Assembly: GCA_963693365.1 (NCBI GenBank)
Contig: CAVNZM010000009.1
Span: 7,483,408 to 7,547,407 of the forward strand
Length of the DNA stretch: 64,000 nt
DNA from: Amoebidium appalachense
Taxonomy: Eukaryota > Protista > Ichthyosporea
Direction: 5' to 3'
The notes beneath the pieces were generated by a model. That model saw nothing but the letters and a program-made list of their open reading frames with translations. It did no database searches and was not told the origin of the DNA. The translations under genes and the position numbers were made by a program. Positions 15,236 through 28,487 of this stretch are shown piece after piece; position 1 is the stretch's first letter; each line of letters opens with the position of its first letter.

Positions 15236-16823
15236 GGGGAGAGGGGGGGGGGGAGGGGGGAGGAGGGGGGGGGGGGGGGGGGGGGGGGCTTGTATGTATC
15301 AGCAGGCGGAGGGGAACAAAAAAAAGGGGGGGGAGGGGGGGGGGGGGGGGGGAAGAAGAAAGAGAATAGAAAGGAAAGAATAAAACAGGGAAAAAACGAA
15401 AGGAAAAGAAAAAAAAATACAGGGGGAAAAAGACAGGGAAAAGGAAGAAACGAAAGAAAAAGCCGCAAACGGCACTGCCAAACAATCACAGAGCCTTGAG
15501 ATGCCAAAAGAGAAATGTGCCGGCACACTTGAACAGAGCCCATCATCACACCGGCTATCTTATGGGGGGGTCCGAATCCGGTCACCCGGTCGGGTCGTAT
15601 AGGAATAAAAAATGATACGAGAGCCCTTTGACAACAAGAAAAATAAGGCATAAACATCTTTATGAAATGAAAAAACACTATGCTAAACACTACATATATT
15701 TTCTTCATTATTTTTTTTTCCCCTCTAAAGTGCATGATTGCACTAGAGTGGTTGCAAATTCCTTTCATTTTTGTGGTTTATACATAGTGATACAAAAAAA
15801 AAAAAAACCTGTGTTCAGAAATTCAGGTAGACCTTGGGGCTCATTCGACAATCATGGAGTATATGTTTTTTGTGCTATTTTTTTAAAAAGAAAGCTCTCG
15901 TAGCTGGTTCATTTTCTGTTAGCTATTGTTTTACCCCTATTTGACCGGTAACTGCAAACGCCGGCTCATATCACGGAGATCTAAGTTCAGGCTAGTTTCC
16001 TAATCGGATTATCGCAATCGGTTTGTGGCGTTTGCACTCGCCGCATCATTACAGCAGCACATTTATCTTATTTATATGATAATATTAATACCATTATGCC
16101 GTGGTCTGTCGCTAAGCTGAAGTGTTTAAAAAAATGATACATGCATGTACAAATAACACACCTACAAGACAGTACGTGGCCCTTGTTTGTCGAACCCGGG
16201 AAATGCATTCCCATGTTCATTTGCCTAACGGCCAGAGCGGTCAGAGGATGGCATGATCTTCTCTATGCATGTCGATTTTATCAGATTTATAACTTAAAAT
16301 ACGATTGGATGCGTGATTGCCCTGGGACCTGGGGACCGAATTGTCGCCGCCCCAAAAAATAGCCGGTGTATCATCAGGTTGTGTCTCATGCCTCAACCGA
16401 GGACGGGGGAGGGGGGGATGGTTTTGTGGACGTATGTGTGCCTGTGGGCAGATGTGATTGGTGGGTTGGGCCATCTGCAGCAAAAGAGAAAGAAAAGAGA
16501 GAGAGGGGGGGAGGGGGTGGGGGGGGGGACGGACGAAAAACCAGTGTGCCGTTAACGGAGAGAGCGAAAGAGAGATGGGGAAGGGGAGGAAGGGATGGCT
16601 GGGAGGGGGGTGTAGGGAGGGAGGGGATTCCCGCACACATGCACGATACACATACACACACACGCAAACATGTGTACCCATCCATCCACCCAACCTCTGC
16701 ACACCCCCACCCCCCCTCCCCCCCTTTACCCCCGCCTCTCTCTCTCTCCCTCCCTCCCTCCCTCCCTCCCTCTCTCCCTCCTCTCTCTCTGTCCCTCCCT
16801 CCTCTCTCTCTCCCTCCTCTCTG

Positions 16824-16857
<34 letters not shown>

Positions 16858-16953
16858 CCCCCCCCCCTCTCTCTCTCCCTCCCTCCTCTCTCTCTCTCCC
16901 TCTGTCTCTCTCTCTCCCTCTGTCTCTCTCTCTTTCTCTTTCTGTTTCTCTCT

Positions 16954-17002
<49 letters not shown>

Positions 17003-17524
17003 TCTCCCTCTCTCTCTCTCTCTCTCTCCCCCCCCCCCCCCCCCCCACACCCTTCCCTCCCCATCCCCTGCCCCTCCCTCCCTCCCTCCTGCCCTTCTCC
17101 ACAACCACCACCACGAAAAAACACAAACATATTCCCACACCCACCGACAATCACCTTTAACACACTGCACCATTCACTTACTTGCTTTAATCCAGGCCGA
17201 CCGATCATCCCCGCTAGCCGCACAGAGGTGGTAGACCTTTTTCTTCTCCGTCACCAGCTTGAATAGGTGCACCTCTTTCTGTTGTCGAAAATGTTGTCAA
17301 CAGGTATCACCATGACACTGCCATGAATTTGGTTTCAAGCACCATAACCCTCCCCCCCCCCCCCCCCCTCCCCCCCCCCCCCCCCCCCCTTCTCGCCACC
17401 ATCACCACACCTATATTCACACAACTTCATCAGATGAACCCTTCATCTGCCACCGACATCCTTAGCCTCCTCCCCCCTCCCTCCCCCTTCCCGCTCCCTC
17501 CCCCCTCCCCCCCCCCCCTCTCTC

Positions 17525-17563
<39 letters not shown>

Positions 17564-18885
17564 TCCTCCGCCTGGTGCTGCTGCCGCTGAGAGGCGCCCC
17601 ACCTGCCAAGCCACCCGCCCACCGACCCCTATCTTTGACCCATCATGGCACGGCTGAGAACCATCAAAAATTATGAAGGAAAAAGAAATAAAAACTGAGT
17701 AAAAAACGAAAACAAATAAGAAACAAACAAGCAGGCAAACCAGCATGTGTGCAAAGAACCAAAACAACAATTAAAATCACTCGTTATCTACTCAATGCTT
17801 CAGCTCCCCGCCCCCACCCACCCACCCCTCTCCCCCCAGCCCCCACCCCACAGCACATACACATACAACCACCATTCTCCCCCCCCCCCCCCCCCCCCCC
17901 CACCAGAAAAAAAAAACACACACACACACACACAGAACACAAACATGCACCCGCAATAAATCCCCCCCCCCCCCCCCCCCCCCACAACATAAACATACAC
18001 CCACCATTCCCCCCCCCCCCCCCCCGGACACACACAACACACACACATAAACCCACTATCCCCCCCCCCCCCCCCCCCCCCCTTCCCCCCCTCCCCCAAA
18101 CAACAACATACACACATACACCCACCATCCCTCCTCCCCCTCTCCCCTCCGTCACAACACACACACATACACCCACCATTCACCCTCCCCCTCCCATGCC
18201 CCCCTCCCCCCCCACATCCCCCCACAACACATACACATACACCCACCATCCCCCCTCCCCCACAACACATACACATACACCCACCACCCACCAACCCATC
18301 CACCCACCGGTCACCATCGTCACTACCACCATCGACTCACAAAACAAATTACGAAGGAGAAGAAAAAGAATAAGACAAGGGAAGAAGAAGGAGCTGGGGG
18401 ATTTTCTTTTCTCTCTCAGTCCCTTCCCCATTGTGTGTGAAGGGGTATCACAAAAGCCAAAGCAAGAGCACCAGCAAGAAAACCCACGGGAATGAAGAAT
18501 GCACAGGGATAAGGGCCACCCCCTAGTCGAGGATAAGGACCACCCCCTAGTCGAGGATAAGGACCACCCCCTAGTCGAGGATAAGGACCACCCCCTAGTC
18601 GAGGATAAGGACCGCCCCCTAGTCGAGGATAAGGACCGCCCCCTAGTCGAGGATAAGGACCACCCCCTAGTCGAGGATAAGGACCACCCCCTAGTCGAGG
18701 ATAAGGACCACCCCCTAGTCGAGGATAAGGACCACCCCCTAGTCGAGGATAAGGGCCTACCCACCTTTGCCGGGTCCCTAACTGTCTCCTTCTTCATGGC
18801 CTCTCTCTCTTTGTCTGTCATCATGTCTAGTGCAGCCCCTGTAAGCCGGATAGAGCCGCTGGGTATGGCCGTCTGCAAGGTGTAT

Positions 18886-18920
<35 letters not shown>

Positions 18921-19017
18921 GGGGGGGGGAGGGAGGTGTATACGTGTGTGTGTGGGGGGGAAGAGAGGGGGGGGGGGGGTGGATGCAGAGTGGGAATGCA
19001 CATGTGCATTAGTGCGT

Positions 19018-19048
<31 letters not shown>

Positions 19049-19304
19049 GCGTGCGTGTGCGAGTGTGTGTGCGAGTGTGTGCGTGAGTGTGTGCGTGTGT
19101 GCCTGCATGTGTGCCTGCGTGTGTGCCTGCGTGAGTGTGTGTGTGTCATGTGTGCAACCCAGCAGGCTGTGAGTGTACTGCAATTGGCGTATGTTGTACA
19201 TCTACCTTCCAAACCCTTTTTGCCCCCATGCTCCTCCATACGTAAAACCGCAGATGACTTCATCCCCCCCCCCCCCCCCCCCCCTCCCCCCCCCCCCCCC
19301 TCCC

Positions 19305-19335
<31 letters not shown>

Positions 19336-20012
19336 ACACACAAGGGGGGAAAAAATGAAACCAAAAAAAAACAAAAAACCTATTTCCCATGCAACCTATC
19401 ATTCCGCACCCCTGTCACGTCTGCCGACCCTATCACATCCATCGAACCCAACCTCCGGGGGGAGGGGGGGTGGGGGGGGGGGGGGGGGGAGGGTTGAAAG
19501 CGTCATAAAGTACGAAGTACACATAAACAACGGGCAACACCATGCTAAGTGCAAACCACACATAAAGAGTAGGCATAATAAGCAGAGCCCATCCTCCGCC
19601 GGGGGGAGGGGGGGGGGGGGGGGAGGGGAGGGGCGTTGATTTATCCACAATACCCTAGTTTCGATCCACGCTGGAGGGTGGTGTGCGTGGTGGTGGTGGT
19701 GGTGGTGTGTGTGGGAATGCGGATGGGTGGGTGGGGGTGAGGGAAAAGGAGAGGCGGAGGGGGGAGGGGGCATATGCATACAATGACGTCACCCTTGTAG
19801 TATTCGAGCACGGGCTGAACCCCAATGCTCTGATCCTTCAAGACAAACAGCCGCTTGTGCCATATCTGCGCACCAAGAATGTCTGACCGCTTGAGAAGGT
19901 AGCCTGCCTGTGAGGTGTACGTGTACACGAGTGTGCGTGTGTACGTGTGTAGGTGTGTTCGTGTGTAAGCGCACGCACACACGCACAGGTGTGTGTGTGC
20001 GCGCGCGCGCGC

Positions 20013-20071
<59 letters not shown>

Positions 20072-20948
20072 TGCGTTTGTGTGTGTACGTGTATGTGTGT
20101 CTGCGTGCGCGGCAACAAAGAAACGAGAAGTAATAGGACGGGGGTATGTGAATGCTCTGTGTGAAAATCTATGCCGGCAGTTCCCGCGTTAAAGTCAAAT
20201 TGCTGTCAGAATCACGTCATTATGACGTCGAATACTGATTGGAGTTATAGATTAATGGCTTGTGTAGCTGTGTGTTTAGAAATCGCTTGGCCTAGTCAGG
20301 TCATCTCTCTCATCTCTCTCTTTCCCTAAGCTATAGGTCGGAATTCTGGAAATTCGAAATACCGGGTGTGAAGATTGTTAAAACCACAATGTGTCATTTC
20401 TCTCATCTCCCCTCTTCTTCTTTCTCAAAGCTATAGGTCGGAATTCTAAATTCGAAATCTTAGGTGTGAAGATTGTAAAATTAAAATGCGTCATTTCTCT
20501 CATCTCTCCTCTTCTTCTTTCTCTAAGCTATAGCTCAGAATTCTGGGAATTCGAAATCTTAGGTGTGAAGATTGTAAAAGTAAAAATCACGATGCGACTG
20601 AAGACCAAACTTGACGTATGACTTTTCACGGTAACTTATATAATGAACCTTCTTAGTGAGTAAGAAGAAAAATAGAGCTAATGTTTCAGCTATAGCACTC
20701 TGGCCTCTCAACATTGAGAAATACGAGCAGTTACAACCTATCGATACCCGTGATGTGCTCTCACACTCCCATTTTCATGTAGCCCTTTCTTCGATATAAA
20801 AAGATAATAGTGGATTTCTTATTTTCAAGACACTCAAAACATGTGAACTCCGACTATGGGAATCAGTGGGAAAGAAAAAACGGAAATCTTGAAGGAGGGG
20901 AGCGAGATGGGATGGACGGTTGTGAATTTGGAGAAGGGAAGAGAGGGG

Positions 20949-20983
<35 letters not shown>

Positions 20984-21044
20984 TGGGGAAGGGGGTATTT
21001 CTAAATAAAACGTCCCTCCCCAGCCTCCCCCCCCCCCCCCCCCC

Positions 21045-21079
<35 letters not shown>

Positions 21080-21538
21080 TGCCCCCCTTCCCCCCACGAC
21101 TTCCACCACCGAAACACCACCACCACCACCAGCACCCATGCAAAAGCAAACATGGGATGGGGGGAGGGGGGGGTATTTCTAAATAAAACGTCCCTCCCCC
21201 TCCCCCCTCCCCCCCCCCCCCCCCCTCCCGCCCTTCCCCCCACCACTTCCACCACCGAATCACCACCACCACCACCACCATCACCAGCACCCATGCAAAA
21301 GCAAACATGGGATGGGGGGAGGGGGGTATTTCTAAATAAAACGTCCCTCCCCCCTCCCCCCTCCCCCCCCCCCCCCCTCCCGCCCTTCCCCCCACCACTT
21401 CCACCACCGAATCACCACCACCACCACCACCATCACCAGCACCCATGCAAAAGCAAACATGTAAGTTTGCAACATCAGTAACGCGTAGTATGGAGGTGGG
21501 CGGGGGGGGGAGGGGGGGAGGAGGGGGTGGCTGTGTGT

Positions 21539-21569
<31 letters not shown>

Positions 21570-21820
21570 GGGGGAGCGAGGACGCGAGGAGATACGGAAG
21601 TGGGAGCTACTGCGTTAACAATTTGAACCGACCCCGGCATCACCCCCTGCAAAACACTATACTCTATATCCCTTCCCCCCCCCCCCACACACACACTCCC
21701 CGGTCTCCCTCCCTCCCTACCTTCCTGTCTCTCCCTCTCTCTTTCTCTCTCTCTCCCCCTCCCCCCCCCCCCCCCCCCCACACACATCCACCCTCTCTCC
21801 CTCCCTCCCTCTCTCTCTCC

Positions 21821-21851
<31 letters not shown>

Positions 21852-22158
21852 CCCCACCCCCCTCTCTCCTTCCCCCCCCCTCCCCCCCCCCCCCCCGTCC
21901 CCCCCCCCCCATTAGTCTATCAAAATGGAAGAAAGCCAGAACCACACAACACCACAACACCACATAACCGTCTCCATCTTGCACGTTTGACCTTTTTGAC
22001 CACATTTCCCAACTCTTTTGATGTCTCTCTTTAGTTTTTACCTTAACAAAATCCCGTCCTGGTGCCTTTTCATTCTCCGTGTTCAGCTTCACGGCATTTG
22101 CGAGCGCGCTTGGGACGGAGCCGGGGCCCTCGGAGGCCCCCGCGGGGGAGGCCGCCAT
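12391..22158 (-). CDS. PH-domain protein with C-terminal SARAH-like coiled coil; exons 22158(or 21977)-21969, 21646-21596, 19907-19782, 18872-18765, 17278-17182, 14727-14698, 14601-14516, 13406-13353, 12606-12391
   Basis: Spliced product: ...[42 protein letters not shown]|[15 protein letters not shown]...|[32 protein letters not shown]|[10 protein letters not shown]..., covering the PH hallmarks including the C-terminal W helix; then [19 protein letters not shown]|[24 protein letters not shown]. All junctions from exon 2 onward are GT-AG and phase-consistent. The start is ambiguous: ATG 21977 is in frame, whereas ATG 22158 needs one fewer G in the GGGG run at 21643-21646. Confidence 0.82.
18506..18753. 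repeat. Intronic minisatellite, 10 copies of a 24-bp unit
   Basis: Unit ggataaggacc(a/g)ccccctagtcga repeated head to tail with no spacers, just inside the donor at 18765. Confidence 0.95.
19491..19670 (-). repeat. Dispersed ~250-bp intronic repeat family, copy A (partial)
   Basis: Aligns by eye to 22719-22865 (aagtacgaagtacac...cataaagagta.gcataataagcagagcccatcc). Confidence 0.8.
20299..20582. repeat. Three diverged tandem units of about 100-110 bp in an intron
   Basis: tcatctc...aagctatag...gaattct...ttcgaaat...ggtgtgaagattgt.aaa occurs three times. Confidence 0.85.
20980..21460. repeat. Three tandem intronic units of about 150-180 bp
   Basis: ggggtatttctaaataaaacgtccctcccc...cttccaccaccgaa.caccacc...cagcacccatgcaaaagcaaacatg occurs three times. 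Confidence 0.9.
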
Positions 22159-22672
22159 GTGAAGTGTGGTTGAAAATGAAGATTCGATGTGAAATCGAAG
22201 AAAAGAACTGCAGGGGAAAAGAGTTGTAAGTAGTGTGATGCTTTTAGGAGGGTCAACAGCTATGGCAAAGAAAATTAGGAAAGAGGGCGCCCGGGCGGGC
22301 TCGGGGGAGTTGGGGGGGGGGGGGGGGGGGACGAGACGGGGCTTTTAGGTAGGGGGTGGTGAGGGATTGGTTGAAGGTAATTGGGTGGGGAGGCGCGGGG
22401 AAAGGTTGAGCATGAGACAAGGGATGTGTAGACAGGAGTGAAGGAGAGTAAGAAAGCACATGGAGGACGCTACCAGGCCGGGGGAGAAGGGTGAGGGGGG
22501 AGGGAGGGAGAGGGGGGCGGGGGCGGGGGGTGGAAGGGCAGGGGGTGAGGGTGGGGGGTGGGGCAGAAGGGGGGAGGAGGGGGGAGGGGGGTGGGGGTGG
22601 GAGAAGGAAGGGGGTCGTATAACGCGATGCGGATAGAAGAAGGAACAGCGAGTTGGGACGGAGGTGAATCCA

Positions 22673-22716
<44 letters not shown>

Positions 22717-22718
22717 GG

Positions 22719-22972
22719 GGTTTGAATGCGTCAAAAAGTACGAAGTACACAAGAACAAACGGATAACACGATGCAGAATGCAAGCCATACATAAAGAGTA
22801 TGCATAATAAGCAGAGCCCATCCCCAGGGGGGGCCCACGTCATCCACAGTACCTGAGTTTCGACCTATTCCCCTCGTTAACGAAACCCAACTCAGATACT
22901 GTTTCACTTGAACATGAGTAGGTCACCCGTCTTGATCAGAGACGAGCAGGGTTGCTTATGCAGGCAAGGGCA
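22719..22972 (-). repeat. Dispersed ~250-bp intronic repeat family, copy B (longest)
   Basis: Reverse complement gcataagcaaccctgctcgtctctgatcaagacgggtgac...gtatctgagttgggtttcg...gatgggctctgcttattatgcatact matches copies at 27825, 28566 and 19491. Confidence 0.8.
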
Positions 22973-23020
22973 GTGGGAAAGGCCGGGGGTTAAAGTTGGG
23001 GGGGGGGGGGGGGGGGGGGA

Positions 23021-23054
<34 letters not shown>

Positions 23055-24947
23055 AGTGTAATTTGTCGTTGTAGCTAAATACGGCAAACACAGATCCAAA
23101 ATAGCCCAAGTCAACAGCGACCAGATCCAAAATAGCCCAAGTCAACAGCGACCTACATAAAACACACGCTCTTCCGTGGCTCCCCGACAGAAAACAGGCA
23201 TGGGCAGATAAGCTTCTTCACGAAGGAAGCAAACCATACCGACTCCAACTTTCAAGAACATGAAAGATGCGAGCTATTTCCTTCTAAGCCCAAGGCACCT
23301 CGGCTCCTCCTTCCTAAAGCACAAAAACCCGCCCTGTATGTTTTCTGGTCAAGGTGAAACACGCAGAGATCCTTACCTGGGGAAGAAGCTTCGTCAGCTC
23401 TCAAGAAATAAGTCGCCTGCTGAGAACCCTCAGGCGAACCTGTCAAATCCAGCTATAACATGCATTTGATACTATCCTGAGAGAAAAGATCCGAGCAAAT
23501 TTTAGTCTCCCGTAGATCCACGACAACTTTCTGTGCGAGCTGCTTGCGTCATACAGGTGTAAGAACTGCTCCAACCAGCAGGTATGTACCGTAAACTTTT
23601 ACTTGTTCAGTAAAATCAAGAAATCTAAAAGTGAGGAAATAGCCATTAAGCTTATTCCTCTGCAATTCTGGATTCCGACCACCACATCTATAATACGTAC
23701 CCGTTTCCAGCTTCGAATCCAGGCAACGTGCTACAAAAAACAACTGAAAATCTGAGAACTACAGACAAGGGCAATAAAGATGATTTTGCGTGTCTGTTTA
23801 CAAGCAGATCATCAACTATGGCTATAAGTTTAGGGAGGCATATACCACCAGAAGATCTCTTCCATCTCAAAACAGATGTTTTCTCTGCTAAGCAAGCGCT
23901 TGAGGTATTGAATGCTGGGTGACTGGTTAATGCGTTTATTTTTATCACGAGTTGGCAACCTGGTACTACTAGTCTGTCATAAATGACGTCACTTGCCTGT
24001 TCAATTTCACAATTTGTCTTAATATTCTAACACATCACGTTTCCTTTCTTAGACTACTGCGGCGAAAAAAGCTCTCACCGTGGCACAGCCATGGCACAAG
24101 TAAGAGTATCTGATGTAGGACCATCAGTACACTCTATATTGGAGTTCTTAGCCATGGCACAAGTAAGGGTATCTGATGTAGGTTTTCCAGCGCAGCCAAG
24201 GGAGCGGTGGCTGCGCAGCTGGCAAATACAGCTCTTGCAGCTTTTGAGCTCGAGAGAGAGAACGGGCCCTTCCAACATCACGACATGTACTATTTGTACC
24301 TTTGCATTTGAAACTGGGACTCTTCCTTATCGATAAATGAATTGGCATCTTGAAAGCAGGAATCCTTGCTCAAGATCTATCACATCGTAAATTACAATGT
24401 GATTGTGAACTTACGCATGCGAAGTCTTGTAACACTGGGAACACCATAGCTCTGGCTTCGCCAACTCTCCCCCACGTACATACACCTTGGCCCCATGTTA
24501 ACTGTGCTGGCCTTTTACAGGCACAAAGTCTGATACAAGAAACTCCCAAGCATTGGTGAAGCACGATAACCATAGAAACTCTCGCATTGCTGGAATAAGT
24601 TACGTTCATTGTTAGACCTACTTGCTCCACAGCAAGGAATTTCCAACTCCACTGACACCACCAAAAGCAGACTTGTGCTCTTTGACAAGTCAGGCACAGG
24701 CCGACAACCAAAAAGCACCTACGTTTATTTAACTTCAAAGACCAAGAACACGGTCTTCTTAGACCATTTACGTATATCCTTTCTAAACTTTGCAGTCCTC
24801 TTCAACACCTACACCATATCCACCATACAAAGCAGCGCCCATTGACACCAGGTCGGACACCATTAATAAAAAAGCAAGGCCTGGGTTCACAGAGTAAATA
24901 TGATGACCCTCCCTGATCTTGCGGCTCCCACATCCACCTTGGCGCCT

Positions 24948-25678
24948 TTATATGTTGTAGCCGTACTGCTTCATGCAAGCTCTATGTGCTTCGATAAGGT
25001 CCTTGCAGTTTTCCTCGCCATTCTCAACAATGCTGCCATGCAAAAAAGGGGAGAAGGGGGAGGTGGGGGGGGGGGGGGGGGGGGGGGGTTACTAAAGAGT
25101 CTCCACGACGTAGTCTCAGTTTTTCCAGGCAAATGTACTTCCCAAACCAGATGTCCGGGGCGGGGCGGGGCAGGGAGGGAGAGAGAGGGGGGGGGGGGAG
25201 GGGGGGGGGGGGGGGGGGGGGCTATAGAGGCAGAAAGAGGGCTCAGGCCACGAAAGACGCAAGCGCACTGACAACAAGGTCGTACAAGTGGCTCCAGTAT
25301 GGAGCTCGTGCTGCGGCACCTCAAAAAAAAAAAAAAAAAACGCCCCGTTGTTGTTGCGTGGAAAGAAGAAATTGAAAGAAGCAACTTCGAACACCTGTTT
25401 ATGTGCAGGGCAACCCCAAGGTCTGCTGATAAAAGCAGGCCCGCACAAAAATGGTACGAAAAAAAAAAAAAAAACACCTCTGAGCACGAAACAAAGCAAC
25501 AACATTATTAGGCCATTTTGAAACCAATTTCCCTAAAAACTCACCATTTGTCCCTGGCTTGCTTAGTTTCAGGGCAGGCACAGCAAGGCTTTGGCTTCTT
25601 TGGCTCCTCTGGTGCCGCTGCCTTTGCGGGTGGAGGCGCATCTGCCTTCGGGAGCGAAGAAAAAATCCAAGAGGCCAT
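24948..25678 (-). CDS. COX17: Cytochrome c oxidase copper chaperone COX17; exons 25678-25545 and 25032-24948, 72 aa (absent from the ORF track)
   Basis: MASWIFSSLPKADAPPPAKAAAPEEPKKPKPCCACPETKQARDKC|IVENGEENCKDLIEAHRACMKQYGYNI*: KPCCAC copper motif and twin CX9C; phase-2 intron GTGAG...GCAG. Confidence 0.97.
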
Positions 25679-26488
25679 GATTAAGTTGTCAAGCTTGGAA
25701 ATAAGCGCGGGGATGCGTGACGGAAATGAGCGAGGTGGATTTGTTGACTGCCTGATGATTCAGCCAAGTGGCAACTCAAGTACACAACAGGCTGGTTGCT
25801 TTCTCTTTAGTCTCTGAGAAGCACCTCCACGGCGAAGATGCATATAGAGAAAAAAAGAGAGAGGGTCTTTTTCTTTGGATACAAAGGTAACTACAGACGT
25901 AAAATTCACAAGGTACACTTTACTTGCTTAGACTTTTTGGACAGTCTAGTTTTCACGTTGTCCTCGAAACTTCTCTGGCTTTCGCATGATGACTCCACGT
26001 TTTTGTAGCGGCTGTGCCTGTGATGACGTCATGTGTCTACGTCACATCAGGTGCGTTTTTAGCCATTCTAATCCCCGGTTATCACGCAACAGCTTCACGC
26101 TATATCATTCACAAGATTTCACACCCCGTTTTTGCTGTCAAGCAGGGAGACGGAGAGCCTGGGTTCGAAATTCGTTTCTTAAGACAAAAAGCGGGAGGCC
26201 GCCGGGCAGGCTGTGTACGTAAACAAGAGCAGAGTAGGAGGGGAGGGGAGAAGGGAGGGAGGAAGAAGGCGGACCATTTAGGCGAAGGCGCTTTTTTTTT
26301 TTTCGGGTGCTTTTTTTTTTGTGGGAGGAAAGCGCTGTTTACCGATGGTTTTATCCGCATTAGCAGTACGCATCGTTCTCAATCATTGAGTCACAGCTTT
26401 GGGGTTCCGTAAGTTATTTGGGGTTTAGTTCTTCACCATCCCCTGTACCTCTCCTGTTGGTATCGAAAATTGACGCATTAAAGCAACC
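25679..26488. promoter_or_regulatory. Putative bidirectional promoter between COX17 and the divergent + strand gene
   Basis: Head-to-head ATGs about 810 bp apart; CRE palindrome TGACGTCA at 26024-26031 followed by an ACGTCA half-site. Confidence 0.5.
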
Positions 26489-27125
26489 ATGTCCAAAGAT
26501 GAAAGAAACAGTGGCACGCCTACGTCCACCCCTGTTCCCTCCACCCCTAAAGTGACACTCAAGCCCTCGACGACTGGGTCACACAGAAATGTTAAAGGTA
26601 AGCCTTTGGTGTTGACGTGGAGTTATATACAAGGACGGCATGAAAGTACACTTTTTTTCTCTCTCTCTGCTCTTCTCCTGTCGTCTTTTCTCTCTCTCGT
26701 CCCTCTCTCTCCTTTCCTCCCTTTCTCTCCCTCCCTCCCTCCCTCCCTCCCTCCCTCCCTCCCTCCCTGCCCCCCCCCCCCCCCCCCCCCCCCTCTCTCT
26801 CTTTATCTCTCTCTTTTTCTCACTCAACCACTCTACTCGCTCGTTTCACTCTGACTTTCCCCCTCTCCTTCTGTCTCCCCCACCCTTTCCCTCATTCTGG
26901 TCCTCGCCATGTCTCCGCTCTCCGTCCCTTCCCCCTGCCTGCCTGCCTGCCTGCCTGCTTTTTGTCATTTTCTCTCTTCCCCCCTCCTTGTTCTTCTTTC
27001 CCTCCCCCCCCCCCTCTCTGTGCCCCCCCTGCCATCCCTCCCTCTCCCTCTCCTCTCTCTCTCTCTCGACTCACTCCTGGTGATACCCATTCTCTCCCTT
27101 CCCCCCGCCCCCCCTCCCCCCCCCC

Positions 27126-27156
<31 letters not shown>

Positions 27157-27360
27157 CATTTTCCCTCTCTCTCCTTGTCTCTTCTGTATCCCTTTCTCTC
27201 CCTTTCTCTCGCTCGCCCTCTCTCTCTCTCTTTCTCGCTTCCTACCCCCCTCTCTTTCTCCCTCCTCTTTCTCTCTCTTCCCCTCTCTTTCACACACACG
27301 CACACTTGCTCTCTCTCTACACATACACACACACATACATACATACATACATACAAATAT

Positions 27361-27418
<58 letters not shown>

Positions 27419-28116
27419 TATATCCTTCTTCCCTTCCTCCCCCCTCCATCACTTCCATTCCCCCTCTTCCACCCTCCCCCCTCCCCCCAACCCCCCGACT
27501 CCCCTCCCTCCCCCCGCCGTCTTGTGCCCCCGCCCGTCCCATCCCCCTTTTCTCCACCCTGCTCGATATTCCCTGCTGCCGGTTGTATGTATGCACCTTT
27601 CCACAGAGTCCCACTCTTTCTCCCCTTTGGTCTCCTTACTCTTTTCCTCCATCTCTACCCCCCCTCTTCCCCCCTCCCCCCTCCCCCCACCCCCCCCCAC
27701 CCCCCCCCCTTCCCCCTCCCTCCCTCCCCCCTCCCCCCCCTGTCACTGTTTTTCCTTGCTCACTGCTACAACTCTAACCTCCGGCCCATGCCACTGCTCT
27801 TGCCTGTAAACGTCTAGGACAGCTTTGCTCGCATAAGCAATCGTGCTTGTCTCTGAACAAGACGGGCGACACACCCATTTTCTAGTGATGCGGTATCTGA
27901 ATCGGGTTTCGCATGCTAGCTGAATGGGTTAAAACTATGATACTGTGGGTGACTTGGGCTTTTTGTGAGGATAGGCTTTTCTTTTGTAAGTGCACATTCT
28001 GGTGTGTGCTTTGCGAAAGCCTGCATTTTATTGTCCGTTGTAGATGTGTACTGCGACCTCTGTAACTCATTCTAACCCTCCCTTTCCTCCCGTCTCTCTT
28101 TCTCTCCTCTCCCTCT

Positions 28117-28164
<48 letters not shown>

Positions 28165-28445
28165 CCCCCCCCCCCCCCCCCCTCCCTCCCCCCTTCCCTC
28201 TCCCTCGCTCCTTCTCCTTTTTTCTTCTTATTTGTTTTCTTTCTGTTCTTTTTTTCGCGTATAGGGGAAAGTGGTTCACGCAGTGGCACGCCCATGCCGG
28301 GGGCACCACCTCGGTGGAGGCGTGGCAGGAAATGGGTAAAGCGGCTGGTCAATGTGCCGACCATTGATGGAACCTTCCAGACCTTTATGTGGGTCGCAGG
28401 TACTTCTCCCCCCCCCCCCCCCCCCTTCTCCCCCTCCCTCCCCCC

Positions 28446-28487
<42 letters not shown>

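Noticed and set aside
18506-18753. CRISPR-like array
   Set aside because: Units are contiguous with no unique spacers, there are no cas genes, and the context is a eukaryotic intron.
23252-23446. Tyrosine recombinase-like FLRADE motif (DIRS/Crypton)
   Set aside because: No HxxR or catalytic Tyr motifs and no RT/RNase H nearby; a single short match is insufficient.
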